A stretch of 63,849 bases of DNA, filler included, from Octopus bimaculoides (lineage: Eukaryota), in NCBI RefSeq assembly GCF_001194135.2. It is 3 parts of 3 records of this genome, joined end to end, with 100 filler letters (N's around TTAATTAATTAA, not from the genome) between each part and the next. Parts side by side here need not be neighbours in the genome. Positions count along the whole stretch, not along the records: positions 34,168 to 63,849 come from NC_068994.1; 2 more parts are not named here. The stretch is one strand, 5' to 3'. The notes under the pieces were generated by a model. It saw only the letters and a list, made by a program, of their open reading frames with translations. It had not been told where the DNA came from and ran no database searches. Below are positions 51,306 to 63,849 of the stretch, piece by piece (the stretch's first letter is position 1; each line of letters starts with the position of its first letter). Both the position numbers and the translations under genes were made by a program.

Positions 51306-51732
51306 CTGGAAAAAAAAAATAACATTTAAATTTTATCAAATAAAGAAAACTTTAAGTAAATATTTTTATTCTAAAAGTTAAACAATGTTTTGTTTTTTTT
51401 TCCTTTTTCTATAAGAAAGTCCCAAGTAAGGTGAGATACCATTTAGTGAAAAAGACTATGAAGAAGGAGAAATTAAGATGAAAGGAATGAATTTATGCCA
51501 GGCTTGAAAGAGCTCATATCATAAGAAGGAAGAAAACATTGAGATGAAAAACAATTCCAAAGTCTGACAGTTTGAGGAAAAAAGCTACAATTGTAAAAAG
51601 ACTTCATTATTCATGGAAGCACCACATTTGGCTGAAGACACTGTGAGTTTCAGGTAAGGAGAGATGGCACCAAGTGACCTGGAACTAAGAAAGTTCATCA
51701 GAGTACTTCCTGTGACAATAACAACTATCATT

Positions 51733-52847
51733 ATCATCGTTTAACATTTGCTTTCCATACTGGCATGGGGTGGATGGTTTGGCAGGAGTTGCAGAGCCAG
51801 AAGACTGTGTCGTGCTCTACTGTCTGCTTTGGTATGGTTTCTGTGCTCTTCCTAACACCAACCACTTTACACGGTGTACTGGGTGCTTTTCACACCACTG
51901 GTGAGGTCACCAAGTAACTTGCAAGGCAAGACCCTTTGATTGAGAGGTGAGTAGTATTGAGGGAGTTGGCTTTGTGTCTGGTGCTGAGCAGTTACAGCAT
52001 GACCAAAGGAGAGAAATAGGTATCTTGCCTTAGAGGTTAAATAAACAATTTTGCTTAATCATCATCATCATCATCGTCATCATTATCATCGTTTAACGTC
52101 CGCTTTCCATGCTAGCATGGGTTGGACGATTTGACTGAGGACTGGTGCAACCGGATGGCTACACCAGGCTCCAATCTAATTTGGCAGAGTTTCTACAGCT
52201 GGATGCCCTTCCTAACGCCAACCACTCAGAGAGTGTAGTGGGTGCTTTTATGTGTCACCTGCACGAAAACGGCCACGCTCGAAATGGTGTCTTTTATGTG
52301 CCACCCGCACAAGAGCCAGTCCAGGGGCACTGGCAACGATCTCGCTCGAAAACCCTACAAGAAAACCCAATATTAAATCAAGAGATTTAATATTGGTTTC
52401 GAATTTTGGAACAAAGCCAGAAAGTTTGGGGGAAGAGATAANNNNNNNNNNTGGCAATCATCGTTTAACATTTGCTTTCCATATTGGCATGGGGTGGATG
52501 GTTTGGCAGGAATTGGGAAGCCAGAAGACTGTGTCGTGCTCTACTGTCTGCTTTGGTATGGTTTCTGTGCTCTTCCTAACACCAACCACTTTACACGGTG
52601 TACTGGGTGCTTTTCACACCACTGGTGAGGTCACCAAGTAACTTGCAAGGCAAGGCCCTTTGATTGAGAGGTGAGTAGTATTGAGGGAGTTGGCTTTGTG
52701 TCTGGTGCTGAGCGGTTACAGCATGACCAAAGGAGAGAAATAGGTATCTTGCATTAGAGGTTAAATAAACAATTTTGCTTAATCAAGAGATTTAACATTG
52801 GTTTCGAATTTTGGAACAAAGCCAGAAAGTTTGGGGGAAGAGATAAA
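51733..52847. repeat. About 390-bp duplicated block on either side of a 10-N gap
   Basis: 51733-52061 plus 52381-52441 matches 52458-52847 with roughly 8-10 differences; copy 1 has an extra 319-bp insert. Confidence 0.9.
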
Positions 52848-55800
52848 TCAATTACATCAACCCCAGTGTTCAACTGGTACTTATTTTATCAATCCTGAAA
52901 GGATGAAAGGCAAAGTTGACCATGGTGGCATTTGAATTCAGAATGTAAAGTTCGATAAAATACCATTACCGAGCATGTTAACAGTTCTGTCAGCTCACTG
53001 CCTTATAAGAGATTTATCACTGGTTTCAAGTTTTGGCACAAGGCAAGCAATTTCAGGGTGGGTCCAAGTCGATTACATCGACCCCAGTGCTCTGCTGGTA
53101 CTTGTTTTATCGACCTAAAAGGATCAAAGGCAAAGTCAACCTTGGTAGAATTTGAACTTTGAGTGTTGTTATGTCTCAAGGCTACTGTTATCTAGCACCT
53201 TCGGATGATCTCTACTCAACCACTACACAACTGTTACTCAACTGNNNNNNNNNNATGGTTAGTTTTATAAATATATTTAATCAACAAATAACAACACTCG
53301 GACAACACTGTCTGAGCAAACATGTGTCATCCTTATAAAATTCTGAATCAATGAAGAATGGGATATAAAGTCTCAAGAATGTTGACAGTGTGCGAATCAA
53401 GGGGATTAGCAGAAAATCTAAAATATATTAGCAGATGAGTTTGCAGACGAACAACACAGGCATGTGAATAAAAACAAGAATTGCATGAAAAATACAAAGA
53501 CAAAAATCAAAAAAAAACATAGAGTTTCATAAATATGTTACGAATCAAGAAGGAAACAAATTATGAATTTGGCTAAAAGGCTATATGGATGAAGTGTTAG
53601 CATTCAATGAACCATCAAATAAAACTATCAAAATTAAAGGGGAAAAGATGGTGTCTATAAAACAAATAGGCATGACAGACCTTGCTATGTTGTTGTATTG
53701 GCCTGTTTTTTTTTTTAATGACAAATCATCCAATTTTACTAATCCTTAAGCCTTTAGCATTAAAACCAACCATATCTGGCCCAAACATTCTACCTGTTTT
53801 ATCTTCAAACTGGCCAGATCCAGCCTCTCACACCTACTCTGAAATGTCATTCTAGAAATATACAGTCACATCATCAAAATCTCAAAGACCCAGGTAATGC
53901 ATGATTAATTCAAAGGAATGTGAATAAATAAGCATTACGTTTGATAGAATAATGTCAATGCTAAAGGTTTAACCAAGGAAATTACCTCATCTGGTTGTTC
54001 TTCACATCCATCATAAGAGGTGGATGGATGAGGATGAAGTGAAACAGTTGTTAAAGTAAGGTTATGGCATCCGGGTAGTCTATTGAAGAAATCAACATAA
54101 CTAATGTGGGATTGAGTGAGCAATTTATCCCTAGTTTGGTTTGGTGGGGAATATAACAGAAACAACAAAGAGACAAAAAAAACACGAGCAATTAAAAACT
54201 AAATGAAGCAAACACTCCCAGCAGTTTAATGGTGCAGTTATAACTACTGAACATTTCAATCAACAAGCCTTTCATGAACTTCTATATGAAGAGAGCAATG
54301 AGTCAGAATTGGCTAACTGTAGTGACAGTTGTATAAATGATAGTAGTGACTGATATGTTAGTAGACATTATCATATTTAAGAGACAGTGAACTGAGTAAT
54401 AGAATTTTCAGTTATCTGTGACACTCTCAGGATGCATATCTCACATTAGATACTAGTCTTCAAAGCAGAGAGGTGAGGAATTTTTTTTTTTATCACACCA
54501 ACTTCACATTTAAACATAATAAAATTTAGTGAGCACCAATATACATATTCTCCAAAATATATAGTGGAGGTCAGTGGAGTGCACAGGTAGTCAGGACTTA
54601 TAGCTATATGGGTAATTGGAATGTAGACAATTCTTTACTGCAGTATTTACCATGAAAGAAACTCTCACATAAGGTATAAACAACCAAATATGCTTGGTTG
54701 TTTATACCCCAGCACTGAGATCACCAGATCATGTGATTTCAGTCTCCTTTGATTTCATCAGTGATGGATACTTGACAATTAGAGATAGCAGTGACTCATC
54801 TCACTGCTGCTATTTCTAACAGTCGAGTATCTGCACAGCCATGCCTGTGCCTATATGTTTATAAATCATGATATCCTGAAAATATTTTTGTATTTTTTGC
54901 CAAAATATTTCTGGCAAACTATTTGGTGCACTTTATCAAATGAGCCAGCACAAAGAGTATTTAAAGGAGACAAAATCAGATGTAGAGTTACAAAATCTAA
55001 AAACTAACTATAAGCATCTATGTCAGAAGCTAAGCCACACACAACAAAAAAGAAACAGTTCATCTCAACATATTTCAATTTCGAAATCTGTGCTCAGTAA
55101 TTACCTACATAATTGTTTTAACTCACAAAATCACATTGGACAACTTAAATCAAGGACAGATTTAGTTTGCATTAAGATATTATGAATGGACTCCTGTTGC
55201 TTTGATGAATGAGGATTCAACAAGATGCAGTAAATGAAATCTGCATCTACATCAGGTCTGAGGAAAGTAACCAACATCCTATTATAACTTATGTGTAAGG
55301 TCCAAGCTGGAGACTTCCATAGCATCCCCTACCTTTCCTCCACTGCCCCTTTCTCTATTGCCACTGGACATATGAAGATGATGATGGCTAAGGTGGTGGT
55401 TGGTGTTTTGGTTTGTTGAATAACCTGCAAGATGACTACTACTATAACAGGCTTTGTTTGTGCAGAACCAGTCCCACTCTCTCATCATACAAACTTGTGT
55501 TGGTCTGGTGCAACGAGTTCCTTGAGCCCAGTAGCTATCAGGTTGCAAGATTTGTATGGAGTTATCTTCTCTTAGATGAGCAGCTGAGGAATTTATATAG
55601 CCTGGGTTTGTTGGAATGTCTGTGAGTGACCATCTTCCAGACAAAATTCCATAACATACAAATTAACCTATAGCTGGGATCTTGACAGATGCAACTACTC
55701 CAGGTCAGAGTAGATCTGCAAACAATGATGGTTAAGAGGTGGTTCCACATTCTTTGAAACTCTGGAATTCACAAACCAGAGCCCCACTACGAAAATGCAG

Positions 55801-58220
55801 CTTCCATTCATACTCAGAACCAGAAAGAAATTTGGTAAGAAGCTTACTGCCCAACCACATGGTTTTGGGTTCAGTCCCACCACATAGCACTTTGGGCAAG
55901 TGTCTTTTACTATAACCTCCAGCTGACCAAAGCCTTGTGAGTGGATTTGGTGGATGGAAACTAAAAGAAGCCTGTCATATATATATATCTATATATGTAT
56001 ATTTATGTGTGTGTGTGTATTTGTTTGTGCTTGTCTCCATCCCCACCCCCAATGCTTGACAACCAGTGCTGGTATGTTTGCATCCCCATACTGGAGTTGA
56101 TATATTCAACTAAAAATTCTTCAAAACAGTGCCCCAGGATAACTACAGTTTAATGACTGAAACAGGTAAAAAAATTAAAAAGGTAACCATTATCTCTAAC
56201 AAAAATCCCTGTAAACAATTTATATAACACACAAATTTCAAAGTTGTAAATAGAAAAGATGCAGAAAATGCTTGCCTGTGAAGAACCTAAATCAAGTACA
56301 AGTTTACAAGTTTAATACCAAATTCTAAGTTAACATCTCTAATACACACAGTCAGTGAGATGAATTAATAGGAAGAATTAATACAAAAGGATTTCAAGAA
56401 AATGGATAGGTTATTTATAATTGACACTTTAAGCCTATATGATTGTTATTCTGGTGTTGTTGTCTATCCTATTGATTACATCTTTGTTAAACCAACCTTT
56501 TTCTTTCTTTACTGTCTTTAAAATAAAGAAAATATTTTTGTTTTTTTACCTTTTCAGGATTGTCTCTTCTTGTAAATAAACTAAACTAATTTGTAAGCCA
56601 AAGAGCTTTGATACAATGTTTACATTTTCCCTACAAAAATATTTTCTCCCAAACTGTTTGTTTTAATAATAATTTTTGTCTTGTTTTAGTTTTAGTTGTT
56701 GTGTTTCCGTTGTAATATTTTTTTGTTTTCTTGGAGTTTTTTTTTTTTTGTCTGTTTGGTTAGTTAATTCATATAACTGAGATGTTCTAATTAAAATGAT
56801 TTTGAATGAGCAATTCATCCCTAGTTCAGACATCTTGTCGGTTTAGGAGAAAAATATATATATACAAGAATTTACAGAACTAAACAAATGAGAGTTGAGA
56901 ACATATAAAGACGACAAAGTAATATTTCCAAGATTCCAATTAAAATATTCTTAATAACTACTCCAGCTTGAAAAATATATATATATAGTTTAAAATGACA
57001 AGAAATATATATGCATGCATAGTGTTTGTGCATGTGTGTGAGTGTATATATATATATATATATATNNNNNNNNNNNNNNNNNNNNNNNNNNNNNNNNNNN
57101 NNNNNNNNNNNNNNNNNNNNNNNNNNNNNNNNNNNNNNNNNNNNNNNNNNNNNNNNNNNNNNNNNNNNNNNNNNNNNNNNNNNNNNNNNNNNNNNNNNNN
57201 NNNNNNNNNNNNNNNNNNNNNNNNNNNNNNNNNNNNNNNNNNNNNNNNNNNNNNNNNNNNNNNNNNNNNNNNNNNNNNNNNNNNNNNNNNNNNNNNNNNN
57301 NNNNNNNNNNNNNNNNNNNNNNNNNNNNNNNNNNNNNNNNNNNNNNNNNNNNNNNNNNNNNNNNNNNNNNNNNNNNNNNNNNNNNNNNNNNNNNNNNNNN
57401 NNNNNNNNNNNNNNNNNNNNNNNNNNNNNNNNNNNNNNNNNNNNNNNNNNNNNNNNNNNNNNNNNNNNNNNNNNNNNNNNNNNNNNNNNNNNNNNNNNNN
57501 NNNNNNNNNNNNNNNNNNNNNNNNNNNNNNNNNNNNNNNNNNNNNNNNNNNNNNNNNNNNNNNNNNNNNNNNNNNNNNNNNNNNNNNNNNNNATATATAT
57601 TAGATAAATAGATAGACAGATAGATAGATAGATAGATAGATAGATACATACATACATACATACATACATGCATACATACATACATACATACATACATACA
57701 TACATACATACATACATACATAGAAATAATGAGAAAATATATATATATACACACACACACACATCATCATTTTAATGTCTACGTTTCTTCCAAGTTTGTG
57801 TGGATCAGATAGAATTTGTTGAGAGAGATTTGCTTCCTGTTGCCAACCCATATTTGTTTCATGTCGCCATGGCTGGACATGTTTTTGCTGAAGTTTGTAT
57901 GACTGGCAGCACTCATTTACATGCATTTACATACAATGTCAAGAAAAGCAGACACAAACATACACATATGCACACCTAAGCACACACACACATACACACA
58001 ACATATTAAACAAGGTTATTTTTCTGTCTACTACACAAGGCTTTGGGCAGCCTGGGGCTATAGTAAAAGCCAACTGTATCCATCCATACACACATGATGA
58101 CTGCATCTCGATTCCAAGCAATGCTGTCAAATGATTGTTCTCTTAAAGCAACACAGAGGCACTCTTTTGTTCAAATGTAGCAATGACAGGTACCTTTTTT
58201 TTTTTAGTAAGTCTTCAGAG

Positions 58221-58539
58221 GTAGAGGCGCAATGGCCCAGTGGTTAGGGCAGCGGACTCGCGGTCGGAGGATCGCAGTTTCGATTCCCAGACCAGGCGTT
58301 GTGTGTGTTTATTGAGAAAAAACACCTAAAGTTCCACGAGGCTCCAGCATGGGTGGTGGTGACCCCTGTTGTACTCTTTCGCCCAACTTTCTCTCACTCT
58401 TTCTTCCTGTTTCTTGAGTAAAGCTACGATGGACTGGCGTCCCGTCCAGCTGGAGGGGGGGGACACATACGCCATAGAAACCGGGAAACCGGGCCCATGA
58501 GCCTGGCTAGGCTTTAAAAGGGCACATAAAAAATTTTAA
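58221..58539 (+). mobile_element. tRNA-headed SINE (family D), full length
   Basis: Head GGCGCAATGGCCCAGTGGTTAGGGCAGCGGACTCGCGG...GTTTCGATTCCC (A and B boxes); tail ctacgatggactggcgtcccgtccagctgg; 12-bp duplication aagt(c/g)ttcagag at 58209-58220 / 58540-58551. Confidence 0.85.
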
Positions 58540-60169
58540 AAGTGTTCAGAGACACATGCCTTTATTCCANNNNNNNNNNNNNNNNNNNNNNNNNNNNNNN
58601 NNNNNNNNNNNNNNNNNNNNNNNNNNNNNNNNNNNNNNNNNNNNNNNNNNNNNNNNNNNNNNNNNNNNNNNNNNNNNNNNNNNNNNNNNNNNNNNNNNNN
58701 NNNNNNNNNNNNNNNNNNNNNNNNNNNNNNNNNNNNNNNNNNNNNNNNNNNNNNNNNNNNNNNNNNNNNNNNNNNNNNNNNNNNNNNNNNNNNNNNNNNN
58801 NNNNNNNNNNNNNNNNNNNNNNNNNNNNNNNNNNNNNNNNNNNNNNNNNNNNNNNNNNNNNNNNNNNNNNNNNNNNNNNGTAGACAGAAACTGAAAGAAG
58901 CCTGTCGTATATATGTATATATATATATATATGTATATGTGTGTATATGTTTGTGTGTCTGTGTTTGTCCTCCCAACATCACTTGACAACCGATGGTGGT
59001 GTGTTTAGGTCCCCGTAACTTAGCGGTTCGGCAAAAGAGACCGATAGAATAAGTACTAAGCATCCAAAGAATAAGTCCTGGGGTCGATTTGCTCGACTAA
59101 AGGCGGTGCTCCAGCATGGCCGCAGTCATATGACTGAAACAAGTTAAAGAGAGTAAAAGAGAGATGTGTGAGTAAGAAAGAAATGAGGAGAGAGGTTTGG
59201 GAATGTGCTAGAAACAACAACCAGATCTCCCTTAAATCATACATTTTCCTCTGAAATTATTAACAATTTGTTTTAAAACCAAAAATGTTTCTCTCACAAG
59301 TTTTAAGTGCGCAGTGAAAAAGAAAAAAATAGCCAAAATCGTTTCAGACTTGGGTGGTGAGAGAGTGGCAGGTGTGAAAGAAAGAAATTTTTTTAATTTA
59401 TTTCTTTTTTCTTCGTAAAAAGAAGCCTCCCATCATTCGGAAGACTTTGGTGAAAAACATTGGAAAAAATCCCTGTCAAAATGGAGAAAGCCCAACTTAT
59501 GTGGGCTGTCTGATCCAAAACTCTGTTTTCCAGAAACTCCTCCCCCCAGCCCCCTTCCAAAACTTTTGCCTAAAAATTTCTTTGTAATCATAATATACAC
59601 TGTTTGTATGGTATTTATACAAAATTTCATTAAAAAATACCAATTTTCCAGAAAGTTATGAGGAAGAAAATTCCTCTCCCCAACCTCTCAGAAAAAAAAT
59701 TTTTCCAACAAATCTTTATATACATATATACATAACGTTTATGGTACTAACTAGTTGAAGCCTGATTGTATATTTAGATTAAATTAGAACAAACTGCTAA
59801 TTATCGTATTTCACCGTAATTCCAGGGACATTTGAAAAAAATATATAGACAAATACAATGGAAATAATACGTGTCTGTCTTGATGAATACATGTATTACA
59901 TTGTTGTTTTTAACATACATGTATGGTGAAAGATTTCGTATGAATATGAAATCTCTTATTACCCTAGCAATAAGGAGTATTTAAAATATATAATACCCTA
60001 GTATCCTGGTGTGGGAAAATAGCGAAATGAATTGCTCTGAGACAGGATATAAGCAATTATTTTGTGAAAGTTTCATAAAAAATGTATCCATTTTTCTGGA
60101 AGTTCTGAAGCAACAAGGTTGGAGGAGGTATTAAACTGTAGTTATGCCTTTTTTCAATAAATGTTAATG

Positions 60170-60512
60170 TTAACGGATTAACGTTAACTTCCATTACATT
60201 TTCAAAGAATAAAAAGATTGATGATCAATGAAGTTAACTTTTTGGTTAATGGATTAACAATTACTGAGGCTAACTTTTTGATTAACAGTGCCCACCTCTG
60301 TATATATATATATATATATATCAGGAATGTGCCACCTAGGTAGGCAAGGTAGGCATTGCCTACCTTGAATAAAATGGATCGATAGCAACATTTTTCTTTT
60401 ATGGCAAAATATGCACCTAATTCAATAAAATTATGAAGGTTATACTGATTATTATGCATAAAATGCAAAATGTTTTATTTGTTGATTAGGTAGGCATAAT
60501 TCGCCCCTGCTT
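60170..60512. mobile_element. Two probable non-autonomous DNA-transposon remnants flanking a (TA)n
   Basis: One ends ...ttaacagtgcccacctctg (gttaac-rich); the next starts caggaatgtgccacctaggtaggc and ends taggtaggcataattcgcccctg. Confidence 0.4.
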
Positions 60513-61189
60513 TTCAATCTCAGTATTTAAGCTACGCATGATACTGATGTAGTACACGTGCTGCATGCACTCCTACAACACCGTTTTCTTTACAAGCTAT
60601 AAAGGCAGAAGTAAATCTGCCTTCAACTCAGTCACACATCTGTGTTTTACTACATAAAGGTCACCAACTGCCTACCCTGAGTAAATACTGATGACATACA
60701 TACATACATACATACATACATACATACATACATACATACACACATACGTACATACATACATCACTTCAGCTTTTCTTTCAGTCTAAATCCTGTGAGGTGT
60801 CATTACTATTTCGGAAACCTTATAACATTCAAATTCAATAACTTTCAGTTTCATTAGCAGACCACAATTTACATCCAATATGATTAAAGCCATAGGTCAA
60901 CAGTCTTCCTTTTATTATAAAGACATTCAAATTCTTTCAAACACTCCACACAAAACTTTACGTCTCACCTACTAAGTCAATTTGCTTGACTCCTGTAATG
61001 CTAATAGTTAATTTAATAAGATTATTTGATAGATAATCAGTGAAAGAGGTGAAGTGTAATTTCCCCTTAGTGGAATTCCAATTACAAGAACTTGCTATTT
61101 CTTCCAAAATACATTTTATCTTTTAGCATTCAAATTACTATACCCCACTGTAGTGCACCTGAGCACTATACACAATAATTTCATCATCA

Positions 61190-61249
<60 letters not shown>

Positions 61250-61623
61250 CAAATGTAATGCTTGTTTACCTTTTACTAGTTCCAGTCATTTGGCTGCAGC
61301 TATGCTGAGGCACTGCCTTGAAGGGTTTTAGTCGAACAAATCGACCCTAGGACTTATTTATTTTTTAAGTATAGTACTTATTTTATCGGTTTTTTTTTTT
61401 GTCAAACCACTAAGTTACAGGACTGTAAACACACCAACACCAGTTGTCAAGATAAAATGGGAAAATAGGAAAAAAAATAAACAAAATCCGAAGGAATATT
61501 AATAATAGCAACCGCAATGCACAAAATAGCAACAAGACACAAAATAGGTTAAAGGAACCGAACAAAAAATGCAGAAATCCTGAGGTCACATTGAAAAATC
61601 ACATTGGATAATTCAGTGCTACA

Positions 61624-61655
<32 letters not shown>

Positions 61656-62468
61656 TTAGCATATGTATTTTATGCTGGTATAAGTTGTTTTGTTTGATAA
61701 GATCCAGTTGGTTAGAAGACTGCATCAAGCTCTAATGCCTGCTTTGGCATGGTCTTTATGGCTGGATGCCCTTCCTAATGCCAACCACATCAGAGAGTGT
61801 GCTGGGGGCTTTTTCGTATCACTATCACTTGTGAAGTTGCCAAGTAATTTGCAAGAAAAGACCCCTTGAGTGAGAAGTNNNNNNNNNNNNNNNNNNNNNN
61901 NNNNNNNNNNNNNNNNNNNNNNNNNNNNNNNNNNNNNNNNNNNNNNNNNNNNNNNNNNNNNNNNNNNNNNNNNNNNNNNNNNNNNNNNNNNNNNNNNNNN
62001 NNNNNNNNNNNNNNNNNNNNNNNNNNNNNNNNNNNNNNNNNNNNNNNNNNNNNNNNNNNNNNNNNNNNNNNNNNNNNNNNNNNNNNNNNNNNNNNNNNNN
62101 NNNNNNNNNNNNNNNNNNNNNNNNNNNNNNNNNNNNNNNNNNNNNNNNNNNNNNNNNNNNNNNNNNNNNNNNNNNNNNNNNNNNNNNNNNNNNNNNNNNN
62201 NNNNNNNNNNNNNNNNNNNNNNNNNNNNNNNNNNNNNNNNNNNNNNNNNNNNNNNNNNNNNNNNNNNNNNNNNNNNNNNNNNNNNNNNNNNNNNNNNNNN
62301 NNNNNNNNNNNNNNNNNNNNNNNNNNNNNNNNNNNNNNNNNNNNNNNNNNNNNNNNNNNNNNNNNNNNNNNNNNNNNNNNNNNNNNNNNNNNNNNNNNNN
62401 NNNNNNNNNNNNNNNNNNNNNNNNNNNNNNNNNNNNNNAGGGGGACAAACACAGACACACAAACATAT

Positions 62469-62501
<33 letters not shown>

Positions 62502-62650
62502 CATATATACGACAGGCTTCTTTCAGTTTGCGTCTACCAAATCCACTCATAAGGCTATAGTAGAAGACACTTGTCCAAGGTGTCACGCAGTGGGACTGAA
62601 CCCAGAACCATGTAAGCAAGCTACTTACCACACAGCCACTCCTGTGCCTC

Positions 62651-62681
<31 letters not shown>

Positions 62682-63062
62682 GGATGTAATTAGTCATTGA
62701 TAGAAAATAGTTTTGTTCTAAGTCTAGTTGAAACAATGACACAAAGATGGAGAGTTGATATGAAATGAGACAGAATCACAGGAGAACTGTTTTCATAGAC
62801 AGATCTCACCTTTTAGCATTCAGATTGCTGTCAAATCTAATATTCATTCACATTGTTTTGAATTACTCATGCATTATCTCGTAGCTTCAAGATTTCAATG
62901 ATCTGATTGTTTGGTTCCCGCATGACATTGTAGGGTAGGTATGAGATGTTGGATCTGGCCAGTTAGGACATAAAACAGGTAGAATATTTGGGCTGGATAC
63001 AGCCAGTTTAAATGCTAAAGGGCTAATGTTACCTAAGTATAAGAATACAACAAGGGTTTTAC

Positions 63063-63176
63063 CTTCTCTTCTTGGAATGTTTTGATGAAGATTAGTTTCT
63101 GGAAAGGAGTTAACTGATTATCATAATCATCACTGTCAGCCCATCCCAATTCCTCTATATTATGAAGAGAATTTAC
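63063..63176 (-). CDS. DNAH6: DNAH6-like exon (most 5' exon in window)
   Basis: tttcAG / GTAAAA; 114 nt = VNSLHNIEELGWADSDDYDNQLTPFQKLIFIKTFQEEK; LT.FQKL...K.F.EEK joins in phase 0 to the 51305 exon. Confidence 0.88.
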
Positions 63177-63531
63177 CTGAAAAAAGACAAAAAGAAGGAA
63201 ATTTTGTTACTGATCATTAATTTAAAATCGTATTAACTGACATAGAAGATGAAAAATGATAGAAGCCTCTACCTAGAGGATCCTATCATTTTTCATTAAA
63301 TATTAACAGCTATGACTACACTGAAGGATATCTTTGTAGGTTTTGCAAGGCTCCCAGGCATGCGAATAGATTAGTAAGAGAAATAATCAATTAAATACAA
63401 GTCAACCAATGCCAGATGGAATAAGAAGAATCAGTGGTCATGGAAATAAAATATTTATTCAAAGATCAGGAACATCTTTTATTTGACTGTCAACTATAAT
63501 AGATTAGAAAGCATGCATGCATACAAACACG

Positions 63532-63584
<53 letters not shown>

Positions 63585-63609
63585 GTCCTCATATGCCAAG
63601 GTGTCCTCA

Positions 63610-63849
63610 TAAACATTGGTGTGGGTGTTTGGTGCCATGTAAAAAGCATTAGTACTGGTGCCACTTAAAAAACACTGGTGATGCTGCTACGAAAAAAGCA
63701 ATGGTTGGTACATGGTGCCACATAAAAGCACTGGTGATGGTGCCACTTAAAAAACACTTGTGATGGTGTTGCTTAAAAAGCACGGGTGCTGGTGCCACAT
63801 AAAAGCACTGGTGATGGTGCCACTTAAAAAACACTTGTGATGGTGTTGC
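63610..63849 (+). repeat. About 26-bp minisatellite (TGGTGCCACWTAAAAARCACTKGTGA), runs off the window
   Basis: About 9 degenerate units. Confidence 0.9.

Larger units (their letters stand above)
2794..62438. other. Assembly gaps (N runs), listed collectively
   Basis: N runs at about 2794-3740, 4608-4699, 8701-9030, 20659-21221, 25741-25864, 47861-48222, 57066-57592, 58570-58880 and 61879-62438, plus about 10-N gaps near 19563, 27510, 29701, 52442 and 53245. Most abut microsatellites. Confidence 0.97.
1..63849. repeat. Dense microsatellites throughout
   Basis: Examples: (TA)n 657-700, 10268-10337, 31183-31247; (TG)(AG) 1520-1573; (TAA)n 1912-1980, 8126-8245, 8639-8700; (TCTG/TCCA)n 10050-10170; (CA)n 10403-10450; (CAT)n 14596-14651; (TATG)n 33675-33735; (GATA/CATA)n 57600-57722; (TAT)n 61185-61244. 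Confidence 0.97.

Noticed and set aside
54940-55800. Cluster of 60-120 aa ORFs
   Set aside because: No motif recognised; probably decayed repeat, and the DNAH6 exons on either side are contiguous.
58226-58300. tRNA gene
   Set aside because: A and B boxes are present, but the sequence continues into a SINE body with a tail and target duplication, and there is no proper acceptor stem.
5699-63176. Calponin-DNAH6 gene cluster or nested arrangement
   Set aside because: The genes are separated by two artificial spacers, so their adjacency is unsupported.

Overview
AT-rich, microsatellite-dense, gapped eukaryotic DNA, most likely from an octopus or other coleoid cephalopod (inferred from the SINE families and a mollusc-type calponin). 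Two spliced protein-coding genes lie on the minus strand. (1) A calponin-like gene with one CH domain and seven calponin (CLIK) repeats; four exons were recovered (13365-13235, 10629-10527, 9806-9669, 6592-5699, giving 421 aa plus stop), but the first coding exon was not found. (2) Eight consecutive in-frame exons (1080 nt, 360 aa) of an axonemal dynein heavy chain best matching DNAH6, from 63176 down to 35430. Two artificial 100-bp spacers (44 N + TTAATTAATTAA + 44 N) at 30422-30521 and 34068-34167 show that at least three separately assembled pieces were joined here, so the calponin-DNAH6 adjacency is not evidence of linkage. The rest is intronic or intergenic and full of transposon debris: several tRNA-derived SINE families, a dead mariner, MITEs, Helentron-type HINEs (one carrying a Gypsy integrase fragment), a CRE-like non-LTR fragment, minisatellites and microsatellites. 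Almost all ORFs in the supplied track are microsatellite or N-gap artefacts. I found no rRNA, CRISPR or prokaryotic system and no clearly new biological system. The best leads are the inverted SINE pair around a DNAH6 exon, the HINE with captured sequence, a SINE presence/absence duplication, modular SINE tails and a sharp CpG boundary.
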